DNA from: an uncultured Microbacterium sp.
GTDB lineage: Bacteria; Actinomycetota; Actinomycetes; Actinomycetales; Microbacteriaceae
Assembly (NCBI RefSeq): GCF_900078385.1
Contig: NZ_FLQR01000012.1
Coordinates: 39,003-103,002 of the forward strand
DNA length: 64,000 bases
Direction: 5' to 3'
Of the stretch, positions 9,138 to 17,991 are shown in pieces. How positions within the stretch are numbered: position 1 is the stretch's first letter; each line of letters starts with the position of its first letter. The notes below the pieces were generated by a model that was not told the DNA's origin, ran no database searches, and worked only from the letters and a program-made list of their open reading frames with translations. Made by a program: the position numbers and the translations under genes.

Positions 9138-9713
9138 TCATCCCGCCGCGTCCGGCAGCATCTCGGGGCACGTGCCGCCCGGCTCGGTCGCGAGCTCGAA
9201 GTGCCAGCGCTCGTTCGCGTAGGTCTGACACAGGCCGTACCGGGCGCCGTGGTCGATCAGCCAGATCTGCGCGTCGAGCGGCGCGATGTCGACGGCATCC
9301 CCCGTCACATGGTGGGAGCCCTCGGGTGTCGCGACATACTCCCGCGCCAGCTCCTCACTCCCCCATTCCTCGATCCGCTCGTCGAGCAGCCACTGCTGAT
9401 ACTCGCGACTGCGCCATCCGCTGGTGATATCGAAGCGGATGCCGTCGGCAGCAGCATCCGCCTCGGCGCGCCGGAGCGCATCGAACAGGTCGTCATCCAG
9501 CCGCGAGATCGCGGGCAGGTGCGTCGCGCTGAGGGAGATCGGATGCCGCTCGTCGACGGCGCCGTCACGCTCGCCCGGCGCGAAGGCGAGGCTCTGCATC
9601 GGCGCCCACAGGACGGTGACGAGGATCGCCGCGCTGATCGCGAGCGCCGCGAGGACGAGGAGGACGACGAACGGGACGGGGCGCGGGCGGGCGCGTCGGG
9701 CGTGGCGGAGCAT
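9138..9713 (-). CDS. vanY: M15B D,D-carboxypeptidase (VanY-like), membrane anchored
   Basis: SGWRS..Q, SHHVTGDAVD (SxHxxGxAxD) and NERWH (ExWH) Zn motifs; N-terminal TM anchor; divergent from vanRS. Confidence 0.8.
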   Translation of the reverse strand: MLRHARRARPRPVPFVVLLVLAALAISAAILVTVLWAPMQSLAFAPGERDGAVDERHPISLSATHLPAISRLDDDLFDALRRAEADAAADGIRFDITSGWRSREYQQWLLDERIEEWGSEELAREYVATPEGSHHVTGDAVDIAPLDAQIWLIDHGARYGLCQTYANERWHFELATEPGGTCPEMLPDAAG

Positions 9714-9740
9714 GCTCCCATCCCACGCGGGCGCGTGTTG

Positions 9741-9772
9741 CGGGAGCGTCGGCGCAATCCCATACGCTCCCG
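9741..9772. promoter_or_regulatory. Inverted repeat in vanY/vanR divergent intergenic region
   Basis: CGGGAGCGT-N14-ACGCTCCCG perfect 9-bp arms. Confidence 0.45.
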
Positions 9773-9799
9773 ATACACCGGCCGACCTAGCATGGGCGC

Positions 9800-10471
9800 A
9801 TGCGTGTGCTGATCGTCGAGGACGAGCTGTTCCTCGCCGAGGCCATCCGCGACGGGCTGCGGCTCGAGGCGATCGCCGCCGATCTCGCCGGCGACGGCGA
9901 CACGGCGCTCGAGCAGCTGGCGGTCAACACGTACGACGTCGTCATCCTGGATCGCGACATCCCGGGACCGAGCGGCGACGAGATCGCCCGGCGCCTGTCC
10001 GCGACGCCGGAGAGCCCGCGCATCCTCATGCTGACCGCCGCCGACCGGCTGGACGACAAGGCGTCGGGATTCGAGTCCGGTGCCGACGACTACCTCACGA
10101 AGCCCTTCGCGCTGCGCGAGCTCGTGCTGCGCCTGCGCGCCCTCGGCCGCCGCCCGGCGGCGGTGAACCCGCCGATCGTCGAGGCCGCCGGCATCCGACT
10201 CGACCCGTTCCGACGCGAGGTGTTCCGCGACGGACGCTACGTCTCGCTGACCCGGAAGCAGTTCGCGGTTCTCGAGGTGCTCATGACGGCGCGCGGCGGC
10301 GTCGTCAGCGCGGAGGACCTGCTCGAGCGGGCATGGGACGAGAACGCGGACCCGTTCACGAACGCGGTGCGCATCACGATCTCCTCCCTGCGGAAGCGCC
10401 TCGGCGAGCCCTGGGTCATCGAGACCGTGCCCGGGGTCGGGTACCGCATCGCGACGGATGCCGCGCCGTGA
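9800..10471 (+). CDS. vanR: OmpR-family response regulator, actinobacterial VanR type
   Basis: MRVLIVEDE..LAEAIRDGLRLEAIAAD.AGDGDTALE...LDRDIPGPSGDEIA...WDENADPFTNAVRIT closely follows Streptomyces-type VanR as I recall it. Confidence 0.85.
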   Translation: MRVLIVEDELFLAEAIRDGLRLEAIAADLAGDGDTALEQLAVNTYDVVILDRDIPGPSGDEIARRLSATPESPRILMLTAADRLDDKASGFESGADDYLTKPFALRELVLRLRALGRRPAAVNPPIVEAAGIRLDPFRREVFRDGRYVSLTRKQFAVLEVLMTARGGVVSAEDLLERAWDENADPFTNAVRITISSLRKRLGEPWVIETVPGVGYRIATDAAP

Positions 10472-11556
10472 CCGCGCGCGCACGCGGACTGTCCGTGCGG
10501 GTCAAGCTGACCCTCAGCTACGCGGGGTTCCTGCTCATCGCGGGCCTCGCGCTCTTCGCCGTGGGGATCCTGCTGCTGAGGTTCGTCCCGGACGGCAACC
10601 TCGTGCTGCTGGAGGGCGGCTGGGCGCCGAACCGCCGCGACCTCATGGACGTGTTCGTCCGGTACGCGACCTGGGCGCTCATCGCCCTCGTCGCCATCGG
10701 GCTCGTGGGCGGCTGGTTCCTCGCGGGACGGATGCTGGCACCGCTCGCCCGCATCACGACCGTGGCACGGCGGACGGGTCAGGGCGCGCTGGATGAGCGG
10801 GTCGCCCTCTCGGGTCGCGGAGACGAGCTGACCGATCTCGCCGATGCCTTCGACGCGATGCTCGACCGCGTGCAGCGCACGATCGACGAGGAGCGCCGGT
10901 TCGCCGCGAACGCGTCGCACGAGCTGCGGACGCCGCACGCGATCATCCGCACGATGGTCGAGGTCGCTCAGGTAGACCCCGAGGGACGCGACGCCGATGC
11001 GCTGCTGGAGCGCATCGCCGTCACGAACGAGCGCGCGATCGCGAGCACGGAGGCGCTGCTCCTGCTGGCACGGGCAGGGCGGGGCGACGCGCCGACGGCG
11101 GCGGTGGACCTCGCCGCGGTGGCGGCGGAGGTCATCGAGGACGCCCGAGACCGCGCGAGCGGGATCCGCATCGAGACGGCACTGCATCCGGCCCCCGCCC
11201 GCGCGAACCGCGCCCTGCTGACGCGCGCCGTGGCGAACCTCGTGCAGAACGCGATCGTCCACAACCTGCCGAACGGTGGGCGGATGACGGTGTCGACGGA
11301 CACCGGCGGCGGCGCGGCGGTGCTGACGGTCTCCAACTCGGGGCCGGTCATCGATCCTGCCGTCGCGCAGACGCTCACCGAGCCGTTCGTGCGCGGCGGC
11401 GGGCGCGCACGGCGGCCGGGCGACGACGGCGTCGGCCTGGGGCTCGCGATCGTCGCGTCGGTCGTCCGCGCGAGCGGCGGGGAACTCGAGATCCTCGCTC
11501 CCGCCGAAGGAGGCCTTCGCGTGCGGGTCACGCTGCCGGGCGACGGCGCCTCCTAG
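10468..11556 (+). CDS. vanS: Sensor histidine kinase, actinobacterial VanS type
   Basis: GTGA overlap with vanR; GLSVRVKLTLSYAGFL N-terminus, HAMP, FAANASHELRTP H-box, NLVQNAIVHN, GLGLAIV. Confidence 0.85.
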   Translation: MTARARGLSVRVKLTLSYAGFLLIAGLALFAVGILLLRFVPDGNLVLLEGGWAPNRRDLMDVFVRYATWALIALVAIGLVGGWFLAGRMLAPLARITTVARRTGQGALDERVALSGRGDELTDLADAFDAMLDRVQRTIDEERRFAANASHELRTPHAIIRTMVEVAQVDPEGRDADALLERIAVTNERAIASTEALLLLARAGRGDAPTAAVDLAAVAAEVIEDARDRASGIRIETALHPAPARANRALLTRAVANLVQNAIVHNLPNGGRMTVSTDTGGGAAVLTVSNSGPVIDPAVAQTLTEPFVRGGGRARRPGDDGVGLGLAIVASVVRASGGELEILAPAEGGLRVRVTLPGDGAS

Positions 11557-11602
11557 ACGGCCGGCGTCGCGCGGTCGCCGGCTCCCCGAGGACAATGCCC
11601 CC

Positions 11603-11947
11603 ATGAAGCCTTCCTGGACGCCCCTGTCGATCGCCTACCTCGTCCTCGCGCTCGTGGGCCTGATCGGCACGCTCCTCCTGAACGTGTGGTCGGTCGTGCT
11701 CATGCGCGACTACCTCGGCGACCTGTTCACGTCCGGCCCCGCGGTCGGGTCGATCGGCGTCGACCTCCTCGTCGTCGCGGTCGCCGGATGCATCCTGATC
11801 GTCGTCGAAGCGCGCCGGCTCGGCATGCGTCGCGCCTGGCTCTACATCGTGCTGTCCGGGGTGACGGCGTTCGCCTTCACGTTCCCGCTGTTCCTCGCGC
11901 TGCGCGAGCGGCGCCTCCATTCCCTGAACGCCGTCGCTGCGGGATGA
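11603..11947 (+). CDS. DUF2834-like small membrane protein
   Basis: DLLVVAV...EARRLGMRRAWLY...AFAFTFPLFLALRER pattern. Confidence 0.75.
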   Translation: MKPSWTPLSIAYLVLALVGLIGTLLLNVWSVVLMRDYLGDLFTSGPAVGSIGVDLLVVAVAGCILIVVEARRLGMRRAWLYIVLSGVTAFAFTFPLFLALRERRLHSLNAVAAG

Positions 11948-11981
11948 TCAGCCCAGGGTTGAGGTGTTCCGGGAGGTCTGC

Positions 11982-13019
11982 ATGTCGACGATCGATTCCG
12001 CCGCTCTGGAAGCGGCTGCCGCGAAACGGGCGTTCACCGGTGTGATCACGGTGGATGCCGGAGACGAGCGCCCGCTCGCGCGTGCCTTCCGGTTCGCGCA
12101 CCGCGCCTTCGCGGTGCCGAACACGCCCGAGACGCGGTTCGCGATGGCGAGCGGCAGCAAGACCTTCACGGCGCTCGCGGTCATGCGGCTCGTCGAGGAG
12201 GGCGTGCTGCGACTCGACCGGCGCGTACGCGAGATCCTCGGCGACGACCTGCCGCTCATCGACGACGCCGTGACACTCGAGCACCTCCTCGCCCACACGT
12301 CCGGGATCGGCGACTACCTCGACGAGGAGGCCGAGTGGGACGCCTCGGACTACGTGCTCACGGCTCCGGTCCACACGCTGACGAGCGCGGAGGCGTTCCT
12401 TCCGCTCGTCGACGGGTTCCCGCAGTCCTTCCCGCCCGGCACGCGCTTCGGGTACTGCAACGGCGGGTACATCGTGCTCGCGATCGTCCTGGAGCGCGTG
12501 ACGGGCGAGACGTATCACGACGTCCTCCGCCGCCTCGTGTTCCAGCCGGCTGAGCTGACGCAGACCGACTTCCTCCGATCCGACGAGCTGCCGGGGACCG
12601 CGGCGCTCGGCTATCTCTTCGAGGCGGGTGACCGGGTCAACACACTGCACCTCCCGGTCCTCGGCAACGGCGACGGCGGGGCGTACACGACCGCCGCCGA
12701 CCTCCACCGGTTCTGGCGCGCCTTCTACGCCGGGCGGATCGTGTCTCCCGCCTCGGTGGCCGCGATGACGGCGCCGCGCCACGACGTGCCGGACGAAGGG
12801 ATGCGCTACGGCCTGGGCTTCTGGCTGCATGCGTCCGCGCCGGCCGCCGTCATGGAGGGCTACGACGCGGGCGTGTCGTTCCGGTCGACGCACATCCCGG
12901 CCTCGGAAACGACGGTCAGCGTCCTCGGGAACAGCTCGGAGGGCGCGTGGCCCGTCATCGGCGTCGCAGCCGAGGCCATCGACGCGTGGGTCGCGCAGGA
13001 GCAGCCCCACACGCACTGA
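11982..13019 (+). CDS. Serine hydrolase, beta-lactamase/class C-like family
   Basis: SGSK (SxxK), LLAHTSGI, FGYCNGGY (YxN); no signal peptide. Confidence 0.85.
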   Translation: MSTIDSAALEAAAAKRAFTGVITVDAGDERPLARAFRFAHRAFAVPNTPETRFAMASGSKTFTALAVMRLVEEGVLRLDRRVREILGDDLPLIDDAVTLEHLLAHTSGIGDYLDEEAEWDASDYVLTAPVHTLTSAEAFLPLVDGFPQSFPPGTRFGYCNGGYIVLAIVLERVTGETYHDVLRRLVFQPAELTQTDFLRSDELPGTAALGYLFEAGDRVNTLHLPVLGNGDGGAYTTAADLHRFWRAFYAGRIVSPASVAAMTAPRHDVPDEGMRYGLGFWLHASAPAAVMEGYDAGVSFRSTHIPASETTVSVLGNSSEGAWPVIGVAAEAIDAWVAQEQPHTH

Positions 13020-13063
13020 GACGCGCGGGTATCACCGGCGCCCCGCCGCCCCTCCTTCCAGGC

Positions 13064-16000
13064 ATGGCACTCATCGACGGCATCACCAGCGGCTTGTCCC
13101 TCGCCCTGCTCGGCGACGGATCGATCATCCAGCTCGAGCGGCCGAAGGCCCGCGCGTGGATGCTCGTGCACAGCGCGGCGGACGGCGCGCGCCTGAACTC
13201 CACCGCACATCGGCGCGCGATCGCCGACGTGGCCGCGCATCCGACGGATGCGACGTCCGCGGTCGCGGCGATCCCGACCCGGGGCGTCGCGACGGTCGCG
13301 CCGACGGTGGCGGCCGTGTCCCTGTCGGCGCTGGCCGACGCGGGGGGCGCCGTGGCGCTGACGGCGACCGGCGCGACGATCACCGTCGTCACACGCGGGC
13401 GCGCCGCGCGCCACCTCGAGGTCGACCCGGCGACGGGCACCGTGACGGACATCGGGAAGGCTCCGAGCGGGGTGGTCGACATCGTCGCGCACCCGAGCGA
13501 ATCCGCCGTTCTGGCCCTCGCCGGCTGGGCGCCGCGGCGCCGGCTGTATGTCCTGCGCGCCGGCTCCGCGCCGCAGCCGATCGCGAAGACGCCCGGGGCC
13601 ACCCGGATCGCGACGTTTGCGCCCGGCGATCAGCGCCTCGTCATCGGGTACGCCGACGGACGGACGGCGCTCATCGATCTCACGACGCCGACCACGGCGC
13701 CGGAGCCCCTCGACGCGGGCGCCGGTGCGGTGTGGGGGCTTGCGACGCGCGGGGACGAGGTGCTCGTGGGGACGGGCGCCGAGGTCCGCGTCGTGCCGCT
13801 CGTGGAGGCGCCCGGCGTCGAGATCACGATCGACGCCGTGCATTACCTGGCCTCCTGGACCCGCGCACGCGTCGCATGCCGCGGCGGCGTCTCCTTCGAC
13901 TCCCTGCTCTTCGCCGTCGACCCGCCCGAGGGCGGCCTCGTCTCGGCGTCGCGCGACGCATCGTTCGACCCCGCGCATCCCGACGTCGTCGTCGCGATCG
14001 GCGGCATCGTCGGCGACTACAAGCTGGTGGCGATGGATGCTGCGACCGGCGCCGTCCACACGGCGGCGGCCTTCTCGATCACCGACACGTGGTCGGGCGT
14101 GGATGGGCCGCCGACGGCGCTCATCGGGCCGGCCGAGAACGCCGCGCCGGATGCCTCGTGGGGCGGCGGCGACCCGTACGTGCCGCAGAATCTCGACGTC
14201 CGCCCGCGGCGCGGGGACTACCGGGTCGCGGTGCTGCTCGTGGAGACCGACGATCAGGCGACGCTGACAGCCGCGGAGGTCACGGCGCTCACCCAGACAC
14301 TGCGGCAGGAGATCTTCACGGGTGTCATGCGCGGCGGCGTCCTCGAATCGACGCGGCTGTACTACGACGCCGTCTCGGACGGGCAGCTGAACCTCGTGGA
14401 GGCCGGCATCATCGTGCCCGTCCACCTGCCCAACGACTGGGACGACTACGTCGACCCGGAGGCGACGGGCCGCACGCAGGGCGACGGGCTCAGCAACTTC
14501 ACGACGGCCGCGGTCGCCGAGATCGTGCGGCAGAACCGCGATCGCACGGCGGCCGGGCAGCCGCTCGTGCTCGACCTCGACGCCGTCGACTCGATCATCG
14601 CGGTGATGCGCTCCATCCCGGCAGGTGCCCCCGCCGGCTTCCCCGGCCGCCACCAGTGGCCGTACGGCACACGCCCCGGCGGCTACCAGATGAGCTTCAT
14701 CGTCGGCGAGGACCGCCTGTCGCTCCCGTTCGGCTTCGAGATCTCCATCCCGCGGATCCGCAACATCCAGGCGCTCACGATGCCGACGACGTGGACGGCG
14801 ATCAGCAACGGCCGCACGCTCGCGGAGACGGTCGGCCATGAACTGGGCCACAACTTCGGTCTGCACGACTCGTACTGGGTGTCGACGAAGCACCTCGCCG
14901 AGTACCAGTCGCGCGCTCCCGGCACGTGGGACCTCATGGGCAACGAGGAGGGTGCGCCGGAACCGGCCGTCGTCGAGCGGATGCACCTCGGGTGGGTGCC
15001 GGGAGGTCAGGTGCGGACCATCTCGGTCGGCGTGGCCGGCTTCGTCGACGAGGAGGTCACGCTGCACGCGAGCGGCCGCGGCGTACCCGTCCCGGCGGGA
15101 CGGCGGCAGGCCGTCGAGCTGCGCATCGCGAACGGCCGCAACTACTACTTCGAGTACCGGCGGCGGAACGCCGCGGCGCTCAGCGACCAGGCGATCCCGG
15201 AGGACTTCGTGGTCCTCGGCACCGACTACATCTCGGGCGACACGCCGCCGACCGACCGTCGGCCGCTGCTGATGCTGCGCAACGACTCCGACAACGACGA
15301 CGCGACCTTCTCCCTCAACGACGACTACCGCGAGCAGGACACGACCGACCCGTCGTACCCGAACGACTTCGCGATGACCGTACTGGAGACGGCGGGCGAC
15401 TTCGCCCGCGTGCGGCTGCGCTACGCGGACGCCAAGCCCGACCCGTCGATCCTGCCGTGGGGCCAGAGCACGAACTGGAAGAGCCCCGACCTGCGCGTCG
15501 AGAACCACCGGAACCGCCTGAACCCGGCGCTGCGCGACGTCCCGTGGGAGGGCCATGACAACTGGATCGTCGCGACGATCCGCAACACCGGCCGCGACGT
15601 CGCGAACGACATCGAGGTGCGCTTCGCGGTCAAGGACTTCACGCTCGGCGGCGGGGCCGAGACCGGACTCGGGACGATCACGATCCCGACGCTCGCGGCC
15701 GGCGCGACGACCGAGGTGACGTCTCCCGATGTGTGGCGCCCGCCGGCGCTCAGCGGCATCCCGTTCCTGGACATCCGTCCGCACTACTGCGTGATCGCCC
15801 GGATCACCGCGCAGCCCGGCGAGATCACGCGGGACAACAACGAGGCGCAGTCCAACCACACGCGCATGATCTCGGCCTCCGGGTCGCCCTCGACACGGGA
15901 GACGGGAGTCGTCCGGGTGACGAACCCGCACGCGGTCCCGGCACGGTGCCGGGTCGTCGTGCGCCAGACCGACCGGCTGTCGCGCACCTACCTCGAGCGC

Positions 16001-16504
16001 GCATGGGTGCAGCTGGACCCGGGCGAGGAGCGCGACGTGCGGTTCTGGACCGAGTCGATGATCGGCGACCCCGCGCTCGGCCGGTTCTGGGAGGAGCGCA
16101 AGAGCCAGTCGTGGGAGCTCCCGAACAGTCTGCGGCTCACGGGCGTCGCCGACACCGGCGAGGGCTGCCACGGCGACGTCACCGGCGGTGCGCACGTCGA
16201 GGTCTGGTTCGGACGGCGGACGCGCTTCGTCGATCTGTACGTCGGACGCGGGTACGCGCGCGGCCGCGTCGAGGTCGAGGAGGACGGCGACGGCGTGTGG
16301 GGAACCGTCGTGGTCTCGCTGCGCGAGGACAAGGAGGGCAAGGACCTCGGTGTGTACGAGGGACGCGTGGAGAACGGGAACTTCGCGTTCGAGTTCCGCG
16401 CCGAGCAAGGCGAGGTCGAGGGCGCACGCGTCGCCCAGGCCGAGTTCAGCGGCGGATACTCCGCCGCGGCCGCCATCAGCGAGTGGGTCGAGGTTCAGCA
16501 GTGA
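13064..16504 (+). CDS. Large multidomain protein: beta-propeller-like N-terminus, M6-like Zn metalloprotease, CARDB/Ig-like C-terminus
   Basis: HELGHNFGLHD at 14837, GTWDLMG Met-turn, YYFEYR, WIVATIRNTG; WD40-like repeats in the first ~300 aa; start taken at ATG 13064. Confidence 0.75.
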   Translation: MALIDGITSGLSLALLGDGSIIQLERPKARAWMLVHSAADGARLNSTAHRRAIADVAAHPTDATSAVAAIPTRGVATVAPTVAAVSLSALADAGGAVALTATGATITVVTRGRAARHLEVDPATGTVTDIGKAPSGVVDIVAHPSESAVLALAGWAPRRRLYVLRAGSAPQPIAKTPGATRIATFAPGDQRLVIGYADGRTALIDLTTPTTAPEPLDAGAGAVWGLATRGDEVLVGTGAEVRVVPLVEAPGVEITIDAVHYLASWTRARVACRGGVSFDSLLFAVDPPEGGLVSASRDASFDPAHPDVVVAIGGIVGDYKLVAMDAATGAVHTAAAFSITDTWSGVDGPPTALIGPAENAAPDASWGGGDPYVPQNLDVRPRRGDYRVAVLLVETDDQATLTAAEVTALTQTLRQEIFTGVMRGGVLESTRLYYDAVSDGQLNLVEAGIIVPVHLPNDWDDYVDPEATGRTQGDGLSNFTTAAVAEIVRQNRDRTAAGQPLVLDLDAVDSIIAVMRSIPAGAPAGFPGRHQWPYGTRPGGYQMSFIVGEDRLSLPFGFEISIPRIRNIQALTMPTTWTAISNGRTLAETVGHELGHNFGLHDSYWVSTKHLAEYQSRAPGTWDLMGNEEGAPEPAVVERMHLGWVPGGQVRTISVGVAGFVDEEVTLHASGRGVPVPAGRRQAVELRIANGRNYYFEYRRRNAAALSDQAIPEDFVVLGTDYISGDTPPTDRRPLLMLRNDSDNDDATFSLNDDYREQDTTDPSYPNDFAMTVLETAGDFARVRLRYADAKPDPSILPWGQSTNWKSPDLRVENHRNRLNPALRDVPWEGHDNWIVATIRNTGRDVANDIEVRFAVKDFTLGGGAETGLGTITIPTLAAGATTEVTSPDVWRPPALSGIPFLDIRPHYCVIARITAQPGEITRDNNEAQSNHTRMISASGSPSTRETGVVRVTNPHAVPARCRVVVRQTDRLSRTYLERAWVQLDPGEERDVRFWTESMIGDPALGRFWEERKSQSWELPNSLRLTGVADTGEGCHGDVTGGAHVEVWFGRRTRFVDLYVGRGYARGRVEVEEDGDGVWGTVVVSLREDKEGKDLGVYEGRVENGNFAFEFRAEQGEVEGARVAQAEFSGGYSAAAAISEWVEVQQ

Positions 16505-17201
16505 GCGGGAGCTCGCGGGTCCGGTCCCACGGCTCCGTCCAGCCGAGCCGGTCGAACAGCCCGTCCAGCACGATGGCGGTGAATCCCCAGACGAGGTGGA
16601 TGCCGGCGGCGTGCGGCACGTGGAAGGCCGGGCCGCGCCACTCCTGACCATCCCGGCGGATCACGGTGATGCCGCGGTGCGCCGGGTCCAGGAGGTCGGC
16701 GACGGGGGCACGGAAGACCGCCGCGGACTCGGCCTCGTCGACGACGCGGACGGGCGAGGGATGCCGCCACCAGCCGAGCACGGGGGTGACGAGGTGCTGC
16801 GAGTAGGCGAGCGGGAGCGTCTCGAGGGTGCCGAGCACGTCGACGCCGGCCGGATCGAGACCGGTCTCCTCCTCCGCCTCGCGGAGGGCGGCGTCGACGG
16901 GCTCCTCGCCGGCATCGAGACGACCGCCCGGAAACGCGACCTGCCCGGGGTGCGACCGCAGGGTCGCCGCGCGGCCGAGGAGCAGCACGTCGAGGTCGCG
17001 TGAGACGGCGTCGGCGGCGTGATCGCTCGGCACGCCGTCGAGGATGCCGAAGAGGACCAGCACGGCGGCGGCACGGGGATCCGTCGGCGCCGGCGCGTTC
17101 CGCAGCGCGGAGAAGCCGTGGCCCGCCGTGCCGTCGGCGACCGCGGCCGTCAGCGCCTCCAGCTGCGCCCGGGCGCTGCGCGGGGCGGGAGGGGCGGACA
17201 T
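16476..17201 (-). CDS. Nudix hydrolase, CoA pyrophosphatase (NudL/PCD1) family
   Basis: HPGQVAFPGG + ALREAEEETGL Nudix box, VWGFTA. Confidence 0.9.
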   Translation of the reverse strand: MSAPPAPRSARAQLEALTAAVADGTAGHGFSALRNAPAPTDPRAAAVLVLFGILDGVPSDHAADAVSRDLDVLLLGRAATLRSHPGQVAFPGGRLDAGEEPVDAALREAEEETGLDPAGVDVLGTLETLPLAYSQHLVTPVLGWWRHPSPVRVVDEAESAAVFRAPVADLLDPAHRGITVIRRDGQEWRGPAFHVPHAAGIHLVWGFTAIVLDGLFDRLGWTEPWDRTRELPLTAEPRPTR

Positions 17202-17338
17202 CGGTTCAGGCTACGCCGGTTCCGGTGGGGTGGGCCGGTGCTACCCGCGACGCGCGCCGCGGTCAAGGGGCTGGGCTGCGCCGGGGCGCCCGGTGAGGCT
17301 GGGGTCATCGCGCATCCGCGCTGTGAGAGGAGAACGCC

Positions 17339-17542
17339 ATGAGCACCGCCTTCCCCGACTCCCCCGGTTCCCCCGGGGAGACCCCCGGCCCCGCGAGCCC
17401 GCCGGATCCGGGACTGCCCGGCGCCCCGGAGGAGCCGCTGGCCCCGTACCCGTCCGAGCCGCTGGCGCCGAATCCGACCGAGCCGTTCGCGCCGCACCCC
17501 GAGGAGCCGTTGACCGACCCGGACGGGCCGAACCGCTACTGA
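17339..17542 (+). CDS. Small Pro-rich protein with four 8-aa repeats
   Basis: Strong RBS GAGAGGAG; EPLAPYPS/EPLAPNPT/EPFAPHPE/EPLTDP with 24-nt period (17432, 17456, 17480, 17504). Confidence 0.6.
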   Translation: MSTAFPDSPGSPGETPGPASPPDPGLPGAPEEPLAPYPSEPLAPNPTEPFAPHPEEPLTDPDGPNRY

Positions 17543-17585
17543 CGCTCAGCGGGACCAGGTCGACGCGGCGTCACCGGCGGCGCTG

Positions 17586-17984
17586 TCAGCGGAAGAGGTC
17601 GTCGTACTCCGCGAGCGCGACGACGCCGTCGGCCGCCGCGGCCAGCGTGGGGTCGGCGGCGATGAGCGCGTCGGCCTGCAGCGTCGCGACGGCCAGGTAC
17701 TCGGCGGCCGCGGTGTCTTCCCACCCGAGCCCGGAGGCGATCTTCCACGCCGTCGCCCGCGACACGCGGTCGCCGAGCAGCCGGATCTTCAGCGCCGCGA
17801 TGCCCTCCAGCCGCGCGCGGCCCTCCTTCTCGGCGAGGGTGCCGTCACGCACCGCCCGGTAGAGCGCACCCAGCGCATGCGAGCGCAGCACGGCCGGGCC
17901 CACGAGGGAATGCGCCGCACTCACCGCCCGCCCCTCTTCGACGAGGCGCAGAGCCGTTCCGGAGTCGATCGCGTACCGGGTCAT
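17586..17984 (-). CDS. PIN-domain (VapC-like) protein
   Basis: MTRYAIDS N-terminal strand, AAEYLAVA..QADALIAAD C-terminal PIN pattern. Confidence 0.6.
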   Translation of the reverse strand: MTRYAIDSGTALRLVEEGRAVSAAHSLVGPAVLRSHALGALYRAVRDGTLAEKEGRARLEGIAALKIRLLGDRVSRATAWKIASGLGWEDTAAAEYLAVATLQADALIAADPTLAAAADGVVALAEYDDLFR

Positions 17985-17991
17985 GCCGAGA

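Noticed and set aside
12860-16651. 1263-aa minus-strand ORF
   Set aside because: Antisense to the protease gene; Arg/Gly/Val-rich shadow translation with no motifs
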